Assembly: GCA_009103225.1 (NCBI GenBank)
Contig: RHPI01003599.1
Location: forward strand, 295,859-359,858
Direction of reading: 5' to 3'
Source: Chlorokybus atmophyticus
Taxonomy: Eukaryota; Plantae; Mesostigma and Chlorokybus algae
Length of the DNA stretch: 64,000 nt
The position numbers and the translations under genes are program-made. The number at the start of each line of letters is the position of its first letter. Position 1 is the first letter of the stretch. The notes beneath the pieces are model-generated. The model was not told where the DNA came from and did no database searches. It was given only the letters and a program-made list of their open reading frames with translations. This document shows, piece after piece, positions 38,082 to 50,175 of the stretch.

Positions 38082-39449
38082 CTACATGAATTGTTCCGCT
38101 AGTAGGTCTCTGACCAAGCTACCAGTGTTGTCTAGGTTGTCATTGTCTGCAGTAGCATGCAGGGCCATATCTCCATTAGCATCTAGCGCATAGTCTAAAG
38201 GCTCCTCCCCCGCTCTAACACAGAAGTTGTGGAGTACACAACATGCACCAATAACATTAGGCACGGACAACACGTCGCTACTGATAGTCTCCTTCAAGAT
38301 GCGCCACCTGCTTTTTAGCACCCCGAACGCTCGTTCAACAGCCATGCGTGCGGACGAGTGGCGGAAATTGAAAACACTCTGCCACTCAGGTAAAGCATCA
38401 CGCTGTCCAGGGTAGGGCACGATCAGGTGTTGAGTTAATGGGTATGCAGCATCACCGAGAATGTAAGGGGTCACACGATCACCAGAGTGAAGTGTCAGGA
38501 TGGGCTCTTGCATGATGGTCTTGTCTTGGTAGATGGATCGATACAACCCGGAATTGCTGAACACCCTTGCATCATGCACACTGCCGGGCCAGCCGATGTC
38601 GATATGGGTGAAATGCAGGTTGTAATCGACCACGGCCTGCAGCACGCATGCAGTTTTATGTACGACACAACTTGTGGCGACACAATGCATGGGTCATACT
38701 TGCATAGGTTGCATAGATAGGTACACGCTTACTTGAAGGATGATGGAGTAGCTGCCTTTGCGGTTGAAGTAATTAGCAGCGTGTGGAGTAGTCAGCTTCT
38801 TGATTATAATGTGACTGCCATTTAAAGCGCCTACGCAGCCTGGGAATCCTTTAAAGGGAGGGTAAATACCCTCCCAACGCGCCATTACTTGCCTCAAGCG
38901 CGCACGCTCCGGCCATGCTATTAAGGCACGCAGTTCTGCACTGACAACTCGCACAAATTGCTCACAAATTTAGCAAGCACTAGCAGTGCTTACGCCCATC
39001 AACTCACTTAACACATGATAAGGGGTACCATATCCAAGCCTATGCAACCCTATGGCAACCCGCTTATGCAATGGTATCGCTTCTCTAAAGCGTGTAACGG
39101 TTTTAAATAACTCAGTGTTAGATAAGGCCTGGCACAAGGCATTGAACAAAGCTGCACTCATACGAAAGTGAGTCTTCCACATAGCATCAGGCCAATGTAC
39201 AGACACGACTCTATTAAACCACGCTTGTATCCGCGGAAAGCAATACCAAATGTTGACATGCTCTCGCATCGTAGCAACAGCCGCCCATGCAGTGCTTGTG
39301 GAGTGCATGTCCTCTCCATCTGCTGGCAAGGATAGCAAACGCTGACGCCGAGCTTGGTGACTGGTCAACGCCTGCCTAATTGTGGCGATCAACGCCCCAA
39401 TGATGGCCAGTAATATGCCTCGCATTACTGCTGCTGCTGGAGCATCCAT
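38082..39449 (-). pseudogene. Harbinger DDE (DDE_Tnp_4/HARBI1-like) transposase
   Basis: FRMSAALFNAL, KRVAIGLHRLGYG, FPGCVGALNGSHI, YFNRKGSYSIILQAVVD, GWPGSVHDARVF, YILGDAAYPL, FNFRHSSARMAVERAFGVLKSRWRIL. In-frame TAA at 38970-38972 and first catalytic Asp replaced by Asn at 38820-38822. Confidence 0.93.
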
Positions 39450-41956
39450 GTGACTCTGCACACACAAAAGGCTAAGAACTGACTGGACTAAGTGAACAGC
39501 AACACACGCACACGCACAGGTCGGCTCTGCACACACATGCATATGCCAACTCTCACTGTGCATGCGCGAGCACCCCCCCACCCCCCCCTCCCACACACAA
39601 CCTTTACGCTCACACACACGCACTCACTCGGCACACACATGCAAACACATGAACGGAGTCCGTCTCTGCACACATAGAACCAACACACACTGACACATAC
39701 ACGCACGCACGCTGACTCTGATTTTGTACACACAATAACTCCTGCGCTCACGCACACACATGGACACGTACGCATGCCTACCTGCCGTTGCCGACTTGCA
39801 AGCAGCTGTTCCCACCCACATGCTGCCCCCCACCGCCGCCACCCACCACGCCGCCTTTTAGGCCGCCTCGGCCGCCTCCCGTGTGAGCAAATCCTACACC
39901 AGTATCGCGGGAAACGACGCAAACTTTTGTTAATTTAACTGCCAAAAACATAGTCTGAACCCGGCAGTGAGATTAAGGGGGACGATTGCTTAACCTGTGC
40001 TAACGTGGCAAGGTTAGGCGCTGTTAACCTTCGCACCTTTAACCTTAGATGTAAAGACCCTCTTAGCAGTTGACGCAGACAATAAAGCTACCCGGTATCC
40101 ATGATGTCGTATCATAAAGGTAATCCCCGTCAGATGTATGGTACACAACAAACGGATGTATACAGATGTATCCTCACTTGAAAATGTGAGCTTTTGCTTC
40201 ATTGTCTTTACGTTTGCTGTAATTCACCGCACAACTTTACCATTGCGCAAGATACATTGCTTTGAAATCTCCTTATGCATCCTTAACGAGGTTATTCGCT
40301 TGCAGCGAGGTGTTTCTATAAAGGTAGAACGTAATTAAGTTGATTTAGTTGTGATATCTTAACGGCAAAGCCCCCAAAGTGCGACGTGAATTCACATCTA
40401 CCCCGCGAGTCCATTTTGCAACCAATTGCAGGTGACAAATCATGTTGAGGTTGGTTCCGGATTATAATGGTATGTAAAGCATTGATATGTATTAACATTC
40501 ACACAATAAAAATATGCGCTAAAATGTGTGCGGTGTGCATTATAGCATTAAGATTATTGCTATATCAATATAATCGAATATACGTTACATTGACCACATT
40601 AGCATGTGAGGACCTGGTAAAAATTACAGAATCAAATAGTTCTATTTTTGGATAGAGTGACAACGGTGACGGCAATGATGGCGAATATCAAGAAGACATC
40701 CGTAGTGGCAGACCTGTATGGACATTATAGTTTGACGGCAATGTTAACACCGCCGCCAACCTCCAGTGTGCATGCATGTATGTTATTTTATTGCGCATGT
40801 CAATCTGAAATGCGTGATTGAGTTCCACGGTTGACGAGTCGTCATCTTTGCGCAGAAAAATGCGTTACTGCACAATGATGGCCCACGTAGAGCATGACGT
40901 TGGAGGCATTGGGGTACATGGTTCATAGTCGAAATTAGACGGACGGTGGCCGCCTTCACGTCCAGAGGTTCTCCTCGCAACCGCCTCTGCCGCCACCGCT
41001 GCGATCACCGCAACGGCGACACTTGTCGTGACGCTTGCAAGCTGCTAATGCACATGTACAACAACGTGCGAGCTCGTCCGCCCTTGCCGGGCGCCTCCGA
41101 TATGGATCGGGGCGACCAAGGAGACGCTAATAGCGCAAAGCCGGTTTTTGACAGTTAATCTGTGCACGAGCTAAAAACAAAAAGGGCCATTCACGATTTA
41201 AAAGGTGTGGTCCAGCTTATAAACGTCATACTATGTGCGGCAAGCACGGCGTGCACATTCCTAGCACGCTATGCCGTAAGATCATAAAAGCCTTTGTGTG
41301 AAGATCTTGCTTCTTTGGAATTGCCTTTATTTATGTGCATGACAAAAACTTTGATTTGCACAAGCACTTAGCGAATGTGCTTAAAAACATTGTACGTCTT
41401 AAGTTTCTGAACGCACATTAAGGAATTGCGCAGGCGTTTAACCCCAATTGGATGGACTTATCCTTGCCTTGTGCTATATGCGCTAAAGAGTGGCATCGAT
41501 AGTGTTAGAGTAATTCAACATCAAAAAGGTGTATGATAAGTACATTGAATATTGATTAATTAGGAAAACTTGTGAGACTATTTTCACTGAGACACTGTTG
41601 TCAATCCAGAGCGTGCGCAGCAGCCCTAGTTGCATCATACTATCCAACTGACGTTGAGAACACTAATATTTCATCGTATTTATCCCATATTGGAACATAC
41701 TATCAGAAATACTATGCCACCGATACATTTGGCTTATATGATGCAATCTATGACTTGCACTCATATATTGAGTGTGTGTACATCTATTGAATTTCCGTTG
41801 CACGCGGCGGCTGTGGTGAGGTGTTTGAGCCTAGGGAATGGTTGCATACACTGCGAATAGTCAGTATTATTATTAGCACATTGTGCAACGCACTGTCACA
41901 TAACCAATCGTATCTTGATCGTATTTAATCTCAAATGTGTGAAAATACTACGAAAC

Positions 41957-42016
41957 GAATGCAAATACAATATGACATAAATACTCGAGTATTTATGTCA
42001 TGTTGTATTCGTATTC
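41957..42016. repeat. 60-bp loopless palindrome with 30-bp perfect core
   Basis: ATGACATAAATACTCGAGTATTTATGTCAT (41972-42001) is a perfect palindrome, with imperfect extension on both sides. Confidence 0.9.
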
Positions 42017-43817
42017 ATATTGATATTTCGTATCGTGTAACTATGGCAGCAGCCGTACAAGTATGGCAATGTGTTTTATTGCCGGTGGGTTGGGCGATTG
42101 AGGATGCGAAGTGAATATGATCCTGGCTCAATGAAAGAGTCGCAATGATACCAGTTAGCGCCGCATACATCAACTCACTGATACTCTTCTAGCAATCATC
42201 TTCGTATGGCCCTTATATATCCCATTAAACATATTGCCACATGCGATGCTACATGATCGTATGTGTGATATGTTTGATGGCATAAACAAAGGTAAATGAA
42301 GACGGCTGTTACGATAACGGTGAGCTGATGCGGCGCTAAATGGGAATTGCTGCGACTATTTAAATTGAACACATGACGGGCGACCAAACAAATTATTATG
42401 CTTGGACAGGCATGCGCAAGGCTGCTATGCTGTGCGTAGCAACCTTGCGCATGCATAAATCGGCCAGTGGTGTCATGGAGAAGCTTGCGGAGGTTATTGT
42501 ACACATGTGTTGGCTACCTGAGATCCGTCCGCTTTCAACATATGGCTCACGTTGTAAGTCATGCTATGGATGACGCGGAGCACGGCCGTCCCAACAACCA
42601 TGGCCAAACGTGGCAGCGTTGCCAACGCAAGTGGCTACCGACGTGCGGTATCTTGTTGCTTCGCGTAAGGCCCTCATGAATGGACATCTGGGACTCATTT
42701 GCACTTTTCCTAATATTGGCATCAAAGATCGCTGTTCTCAAAATACGGCTAAGTGCGCACTGTGTGGTGGGACAGCCATAGAGTCAGTAGCTGCATGTGC
42801 TTGAAGATTGTCCACTCCTGCTCATCAGAGGAGCAGAGGGTGAGATCGCTGCTCTTCTGAAACCTGTCACACTTGCCCCGCACCGTGCGCGACGCAGATA
42901 ATGGCCATATACCCGTCTCCCTCATCAACACGAAGTATGGACAACAATTAAAGAATGCCATGGTTGACAAGTTTGAAACAATGGTCATGAGGCCCATTGA
43001 CCCCTTTCGCACGCACGTAGGCCGGCATGAAACATGATACATGGGTGGAAGCCATCAACTGGATCAACATCACAGGTTTAGTCCGCACAGCAGCCACCGT
43101 AAGGTGCAGAAAGTCACTCACATGTACAAATACAGAATGTAGTGTGAACACGCAAAACAGGTGGCGTGCATGGACGATGGCTAGCAACAGCAGTGCAGCA
43201 GGCACTGTGTTGCGGCGCGGTATGCAGGCAAGCAGCAAGCCGGGAGCTGGAAGATCCGGACGAAGTTAAGATGAAGCTAAGTGCTGAGTTTGATGTGAGA
43301 GTTCTATGAGAGCCTCTCCAATTTTCAGAGGCTAAGCTATTCTTGAAGATTATCATTGATAGGGACATCCGTTGACCTTTATCATATAACAAATATCGTA
43401 CGTTTTATTGTACAATCGTATATGATATGATATCTTATATGAAAAAGCGTACGATCGTTGATATGTGATCATATAAACAAGCGTGTGGTTTGGTTCGTGT
43501 CAAAACATCGTATTACGCGCTGAAAAGTCACGAAATTGCGGATGAAGTACTACTCAATGAATCATCTGCATGATGATTACAAACACCTTCCGCAATTGTT
43601 TGCGCAATTTTGGTTGATACATTGCTTGAGTGTAACACTAAATCTTGCGTAGCCGCATGCTGCATAACCACAGGCACTTCAAGACATTTCACGCAACACA
43701 ATTATGCGAACCGGCTAAACAATTTTGCTTCAATTCGCACATCATCAAAAATGCTTCTCAATGATGTGCAAATCATAAATTTAAAAAGGTGTGATTTATA
43801 TGTGTCTACATTTGGGG

Positions 43818-43823
<6 letters not shown>

Positions 43824-43859
<36 letters not shown>
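43824..43859. repeat. (TG)n microsatellite
   Basis: Directly visible. Confidence 0.95.
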
Positions 43860-43860
<1 letters not shown>

Positions 43861-45297
43861 AACACACACTTGATTCTTACAGCATACAGCCGTGAACTGC
43901 AATATACATGGCCTGCAATATAGATGGCCGTTCTTCACGCGCCGCGTTGCTCGTATATGTTAGATGCACCATATGTGGCGTCATGAATGACGGACGGCAC
44001 TGGCAGCCTGTTGCACCGCATACAATGTACGTGTCACAGTTAAGTGTAGCGCAAACGGTCTACCATGCATGGTTTTTAGCAATTCAACCACCATTCATGG
44101 CATAAGCGGATGTAATCATATGTGGTGCTCTATATTTGCCGCCTCTTACGGCGCAAGAATCCGCGACTTGTAAACATACGTGACTATAAGATCCCACCGT
44201 ATTGTTGGTTAATTTATCAAATGACGTTGTGCTCCAGTAAAATCCAAACATGGTTCAATCATTTGACTCACAGCGAGTTCTTTATAATTGACAACTGTTT
44301 CTGTGTTGCATACGTCGCTAACCATTGCGGCTATTATTGCGATTTCTTATCGTTGAGACATTTTGAATGTACCAAAAGAATATGACATCTTGTGCAACAA
44401 TCCAGCACCCCCTGCTTTGCATATCAAACGGCATAGTCATGCTGTTGCGGCAGGCGTGGGCGATGCTCTATTGAGGATGGGCAGCGGTGGAGGCGATGCT
44501 CGACTAGGGACGCCCGTACGCGATACCGCTAATGATGTGACGTTGGACAAGATGGCCCATCATAGTGTAAGCATAGCGCAGTAACGCGGGCCACTAGCAT
44601 TGTGATGCCGTGTGTGCGGTTGGTGTGTTGTCAAGCACGAGAGTAGACGACACTTGGACACTAGTGTCAACATCCGGATTTAATTGTCTTCGCTACTATT
44701 TCGGCTCCTGTCGAAACTGCCAACCACTAGCCACTATGCCATAGTTTGGATGGTTGATAGGATTTCGCCTCCGCTCCACTCTGTTGCATTTACCTACCTA
44801 AAGGCGCATCATTGTGTCCGTTGCAATTGCCTGATTTAACTTGTATTGCTGCATTGTGTTGTATTCAGTGTAGGTGTGCGTGCCTTCGCATTTGTATGCA
44901 TGGTCAGCCTATATAAACACCTGTGCGTGGGTGCGGTCACAGCAAAGCTGCATGAGTACATCATGCTAACGGCAACATTGTTGGCACACATGGTCCAGTT
45001 GGAAGATATGCAACCGCATATACTTCAAAGCGTGTTGCATATGATCCGCCCGCGCACACATGTCCTGCAAACTGTGTGGTGATGTCCCAATGCCAGTTGC
45101 AACGGTCCATCGAAGAAGCATGACCTCCTACGTAATGCGCATAACACGACCTACACTTCGCTGTGCAGTTACAAGTAACAAACAAATACCACTGTATGTA
45201 CAACTCCGCCAATGCTGCAACAATCACAGCCATGAAGAATGAGCGATGTAGGAGTTTGCACTGCAACAGCAACTTACAGAACTCAACCAAACTCTTG

Positions 45298-46986
45298 TCA
45301 GCTGGCAGAAGTGTAAAGGCGGCGGACGTCCTCGAGCGTAGCGGGGGCAAGTGTGATGGGGCACCGTGAGTGCGTCTGCACGTAGGCGAATAGGCAGGGG
45401 TAGCAGAAGGCGTAGCCGGAGACGGCGCTGAGAGCGGGGTTGGTGCGTGTCCGGAGGCAAAGCGGGCAACGCGATGGGTCCGGCGGGAGTCTCACGCCAT
45501 CGGGGGCGGGTTTGGGCGCATGTGGGGGCGGGGGCACGGGCAGCACGGCGGGAGCGCCGACGCGCTCTTCCGCTCCTGAACTGTACCACCATTCCAACAC
45601 TTTGAACAGCAGCACAGACATGATCAGCGCGCTTGAGGCGTAGTCCGCCGTCGCGTGCCCGACCCTCAGCCACGCCCTCCGCAAGAACCGCCAAAGCCTC
45701 GGGCCGCTCCCGCTCACTGCCGACAACGCCCGCAACCGGAACGTTTCTTTCCTGCGCGCCGCCGCCATCTGCAAGGCGCGCACAGATCTGAACAAACATG
45801 TGTGCGCACCAACCACTGTGCGTCTTTGACGCATGCGTGACAATGCAAGGTAGATGCCAAAGCTAGTGTGGCTTACCAGTTGTTCGGCGGATGCACGAAC
45901 CACTGTGAGCCTGAGCGTATGCAGAAGCGGCGTGAAGTAGGGTGTGGCCTCCAACAGGTAAAGCAGTTGATACGCAAAGAATGCACCTGTCAACAGATGA
46001 TATGAGAAACGCTACCTTTGCAAGCAGGTCAGGTCATCACAATGCTACAGCAATGCCAGGTTCTCACCCTCGTAACCGGCATGTATCCACGGATACACAT
46101 AGCCAAACAGCCGAGCGAGGCTGCTGGGGCCAGGACCTGCTTGACTGGTCGTAGTTGAGCCCCGGCGTTGCTGGGCATCGTTGTGGTTGTTGTTGACACC
46201 GTCCTCGTCCTCGTCATCAACAGTGGTCAACCCGATGGCCGCGAGCGCGCCGCCCTGACGGGCCTGGTAAATCGCATCCAACTTTGCTTTGATGTATGGC
46301 ACTCCGACCTGCACCATTTGCAATGTCAAGGTTACTTATGACGTGCATTACGCTGATTAGTTGTATTAGTGGTAGTATTGCGTGCGTGCGTGCATGCATG
46401 CGGGCGCGCGAGTGCCCATGGGCGCACGCGCGTCATGTGTGTGTTCGCACGTGCGTATGTGCTTGAGCGCACACGCGTGCATGCATGCATGTGTGCGCCA
46501 GCTGCGTACCAGTAACAGCATAGATAACCTGCGCTGCCGAGCCGTCAAACGCGCACTCGCATTGTTTCTAGCACCGGCAGAACTCTGCACAACTCTACGA
46601 AGGCCGTATAGGTTTTCCGAAAAGGATGCATCTGCCATCCACGCAATTGATTGATCAAAACAAAGTGGTAAATACCAACAAAGTGTAATGTATGCGTGGC
46701 TGCACAACCGCAAGAGTGCTGACCACAACCATTGGCACGCGTGTAAGAAAAAAGACTTACCATTAGCGCTAAGGGAGTGTGCTTCAAGTGCCGCATGCAG
46801 GGCCGCAAACACTTCGTCCGAGTGGTTGAGCGCAAAGCCGAGGGCGCCCCCACCACCCCTCCGCGCCGCAGCGACTGCGAGCGAGTACACTGCCGCCGCT
46901 TTCACCATCGCAGGCAAGCGCTCGGCCGCAACCATCTCAAAAAATGTTGGGCGGGCGCCGTCGCCGCCCGCCACATGGAAAAACAT
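45298..46986 (-). CDS. PEX12: peroxisome biogenesis RING protein PEX12
   Basis: MFFHVAGGDGARPTFFEMVAAERLP, DASFSENLYGLRR, VPYIKAKLDAIY, YPWIHAGYEG, FFAYQLLYLL, LFKVLEWWYSS, and C-terminal RING CPLCLRTRTNPALSAVSGYAFCYPCLFAYV..CPIT. Confidence 0.93.
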
Positions 46987-47922
46987 CCTCTCTCTGCAAG
47001 GAGCAAGTGTCTGGGGTTAATGTGACGCATGGCATTGCAGGATGTTGCAAATATCTTCGCTGCCTTGGCCTGGAGTTGCTGTGTCCGTGTGTTTCACCTT
47101 CAAGACTTGTGCACGTGAAAACTTTGTAACACCTAGCAGCTGCTCTGACACGATAATGTTGTGTAGTATTGGTGGTCGTAGCTTTGGTGTGGTTGTGTTG
47201 AGTTGGCAGTTTCAGCTTAGTACTCAACGCTTGCATGTGATATGCTTGTCCGTGTGCACGTCAACCCAAACAGCAGCTTCGCGGGGTTGAGTTGGCGTGC
47301 ATGCATCGTGTAGTCTGAAGCAGCAGTCAAATCCAACCATTTGTTTGCTATGTTGAGCAAAGCACCGCCTTCCACAGTCGTTGCATCACAAAACACCTTG
47401 AGTTACAACTTGCTCGTAACACATACAAACCGGCTGCAGCAGGCTACGTTGGACAGCTGCAATTCATCGCTTTCACTAACAGTGCTGAACCTGGCTGGCT
47501 GCACTTGCATGCTGCGCCGTCAAGCACCACCGGCTGCTTGATTGTGTGCAGAACAAGCACTTACCAGCGGCAGCGTAGCGTCCCAGCTGGCCAAGCTTAT
47601 GCTGCAGCAGACAGACCAATTCGAGACTTGCTTCTGCCGCCTCCTGCCCACCTGCTTAAGCCACCACTCCTTCAGCTAGCCGCACCCAAGCGCCAGGATC
47701 GCTCACCTACACAGCTGTCACACCTACTGCTCCAAGTCCTCGTCCCCCACCTCCACCTCCTTCTCCTTTACCACCTCGTCCTGTACCTGTTTCTCCACCT
47801 CCGCCTCCTCCGCCAATTGCTCCTCCACCTCCTACACAACAACCTACTTGAGCATGCCGGCCTTATCTTTGAAGGTGTAGGCGAAGGCGGCGGGGTTGGC
47901 GTCCTGCGGGCGGGCCTCCGGC

Positions 47923-50175
47923 ATGGAGGCGGCGAGGCTGGCGGAGGCCATCGTGAAGGAGCAGCTGGGCGAGGTGGCTAGCGCTGCGTGCGGGGCGCTG
48001 CTGCGCAAGGGGGCGGGGGCGGGCCTGGCGCTGCCCGTGGTGGCCAAGGAGGCGAACCTGCCTCCCGGCCAGGCCAGGAACGCCCTGCTGGTGTTGCTTC
48101 AGCAGAACTGCGCCCAGGCCCACAGGGTAGGCGGCGGCGACACCGGGCAGCCCGCCCAGCTGGTCTACCTGGCCTGCCTGGATAGGATCCTGGGCCGCCC
48201 ACGCTTCCCCCGCTACCTACGCACCGCCGCCGACCTCCTTGGTCCCCAGGCCGAGGCGGTCGTCGAGGGACTGCTGGAGCACGGCAGACTCACACTGCCT
48301 CAGCTCACGCAGCGAGCTGCCGCCCGAGACAAGCCTGGTGGGTGCGCATGGCATTGATCACATGCATGCTGCTGGTGTTGTTCAGGTGTGTGTAACTTCT
48401 GACTTATGCTTTTTAAGGAACACGATAGCGGGATCAGTTGACCAAGTGCATGCACTGGTATCTGTTAAATAACTTGTAAAGTGATTGATTACCCAAAGGC
48501 AGTCCTGTTACAGTAGGTATAATTCATATACCTGTGACAGGGTGATAGCACTATTGTGCGCATGCAGCCAAACCTTTGGTCTGCAAGTCAGTGTCGGTAC
48601 TCTATGAACGTTCTCAAGGCACAGATGGTATGCATGATGCCAACCCAAAAACTGTATATATTATGTACACTGCATGCATCGCACTGGGTACGGTATGCAA
48701 GGAGCACCGCACGGTGTCTCAATTGCATGGCACACTCGTGCATGCAGTATGTGCGTTTACAATTCTGATTGCATTGTTGCAATGCCCTATTGCTTAACAG
48801 GTGCAGAAACTTCAGACGCCACAGACAAAGTCAAGCCCGCGCTCCGCCAGCTGTTGGAAAGGCGATTGGTGGAGCGAGCGCCACCGCCTGAGCTGCCCTT
48901 CCCTTCATTCACTTCAAAGGCAGCACCTGTGCGAGGCCGATCCAAGGTGTGTTGTGTATGTTGGTTACATGTTGTCATCCCTTCATTCAGCCTCATGACA
49001 TGCCCTTTGACTCAAACTTAGACTCCAGATCCAGCGACTGCCGCAGCGGAAGCAGCAAAGACTGAGGCGCGGCAGCGCTATGCACAAATACGGTTTCGCC
49101 AACTGGATGGTCTGGAAGATGAGCCGACATCTCCTCCAGCAAAGAAGGTGCATTGCATTTGATTTCATCATTGTCTGATAGCAACAATCACCACCACAAC
49201 AACATCACAGAGACACAACAGCATAACAACAACATCAAAAACCCATGGATGCTTCTTGTGCAGCGGCGTATAGGGGCAGCTGCTGGTGCGGTGACTGGAT
49301 CCGAAGCTGAGGTGTTGTGGCGAGTCAACACGGAGGAGTTCGACCGCATCTTGAAGCACGAGGCTTGCGTGGAGTACGTGTCTTCTCGCTTTGGTGGCGC
49401 TGCTGCAGCCCTGTGCTCGGCTCTACTCGCGCAATCAAGAAAGTTTGAAGCACCCGTTCCGGAGGTCATGTCTCTTACATGGTCTTTGGACCTGCTTGTT
49501 GAGGCCGTTCAGAGTGGCAGCGGGGTCGTCACGCACACGCGCATGACAGAGTCTCAAGCCTCTGCACTGTTGCGCCAGATGGAGAATGATATCGATGCTC
49601 CCGTTGTTACAACGGTTGACCCCATCGCTCCATCCTTTGCTGTTCGAATACAGGGCGTGTTGGGTCGCATCCGTGATAATGAGGTTGAGGCGGTCGTTCG
49701 AGGGCGCTTTGGCACGCCGGCTTGCAGGATCTACCGGTTGTTGGTGCGGCGGCGATTGTTGGAGCAGAAACAGATTGCCGAGATGTCGATGCTGCCAGTG
49801 AAAGACGCGCGTGAGCTGCTCTACCGGCTGCTGCGCGAGAGGTACCTCAGCTTGCAGGAGGTGGCGAGGACGGCGGACCACGCGCCCGCGCGCACGTTCT
49901 ACCTATGGCGCGCGGACGCGAGCGCCGCGTGCGAGCTCGCGACGCAGCAGGTGCACAGGACGGCGTACAACGTCCGCGAGCGACTCCACTTTGAGCTGCA
50001 GCAGGAGCAGGAGGTGCTGGACCTGCTCGAAGCGCAAGCTGCCTCCGCCACAGGAGTGACCATCACCGCAGCTCAACGCCTGCAGCTGGAACGTGTGCGG
50101 CGCGTGGCAGCTGTGCTCGAGAGCTCAATGCTGGCACTGGACCGCCAGCTGATGCTGCTCACAGCGGAGTCCTGA
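47923..50175 (+). CDS. POLR3C: RNA polymerase III subunit RPC3 (RPC62/RPC82)
   Basis: Exons 47923-48337, 48801-48946, 49022-49147 and 49264-50175 total 1599 nt (532 aa plus stop). Motifs include LLVLLQQN, RPRFPRYL, LLEHGRLT, LWRVNTEEFDR, RFGTPACRIYRLL, LEQKQIAEMSMLPVKDARELLYRL and QEVARTADHAPARTFYLW. Confidence 0.93.

Larger units (their letters stand above)
35640..40062. mobile_element. full-length PIF/Harbinger DNA transposon (inactivated)
   Basis: The left TIR GAGGGTCTTTACACCTAAGGTT (35640-35661) matches the reverse complement of 40041-40062 at 21/22. TTA TSD at 35637-35639 and 40063-40065. It carries convergent DDE transposase and Myb/SANT genes. Confidence 0.95.
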
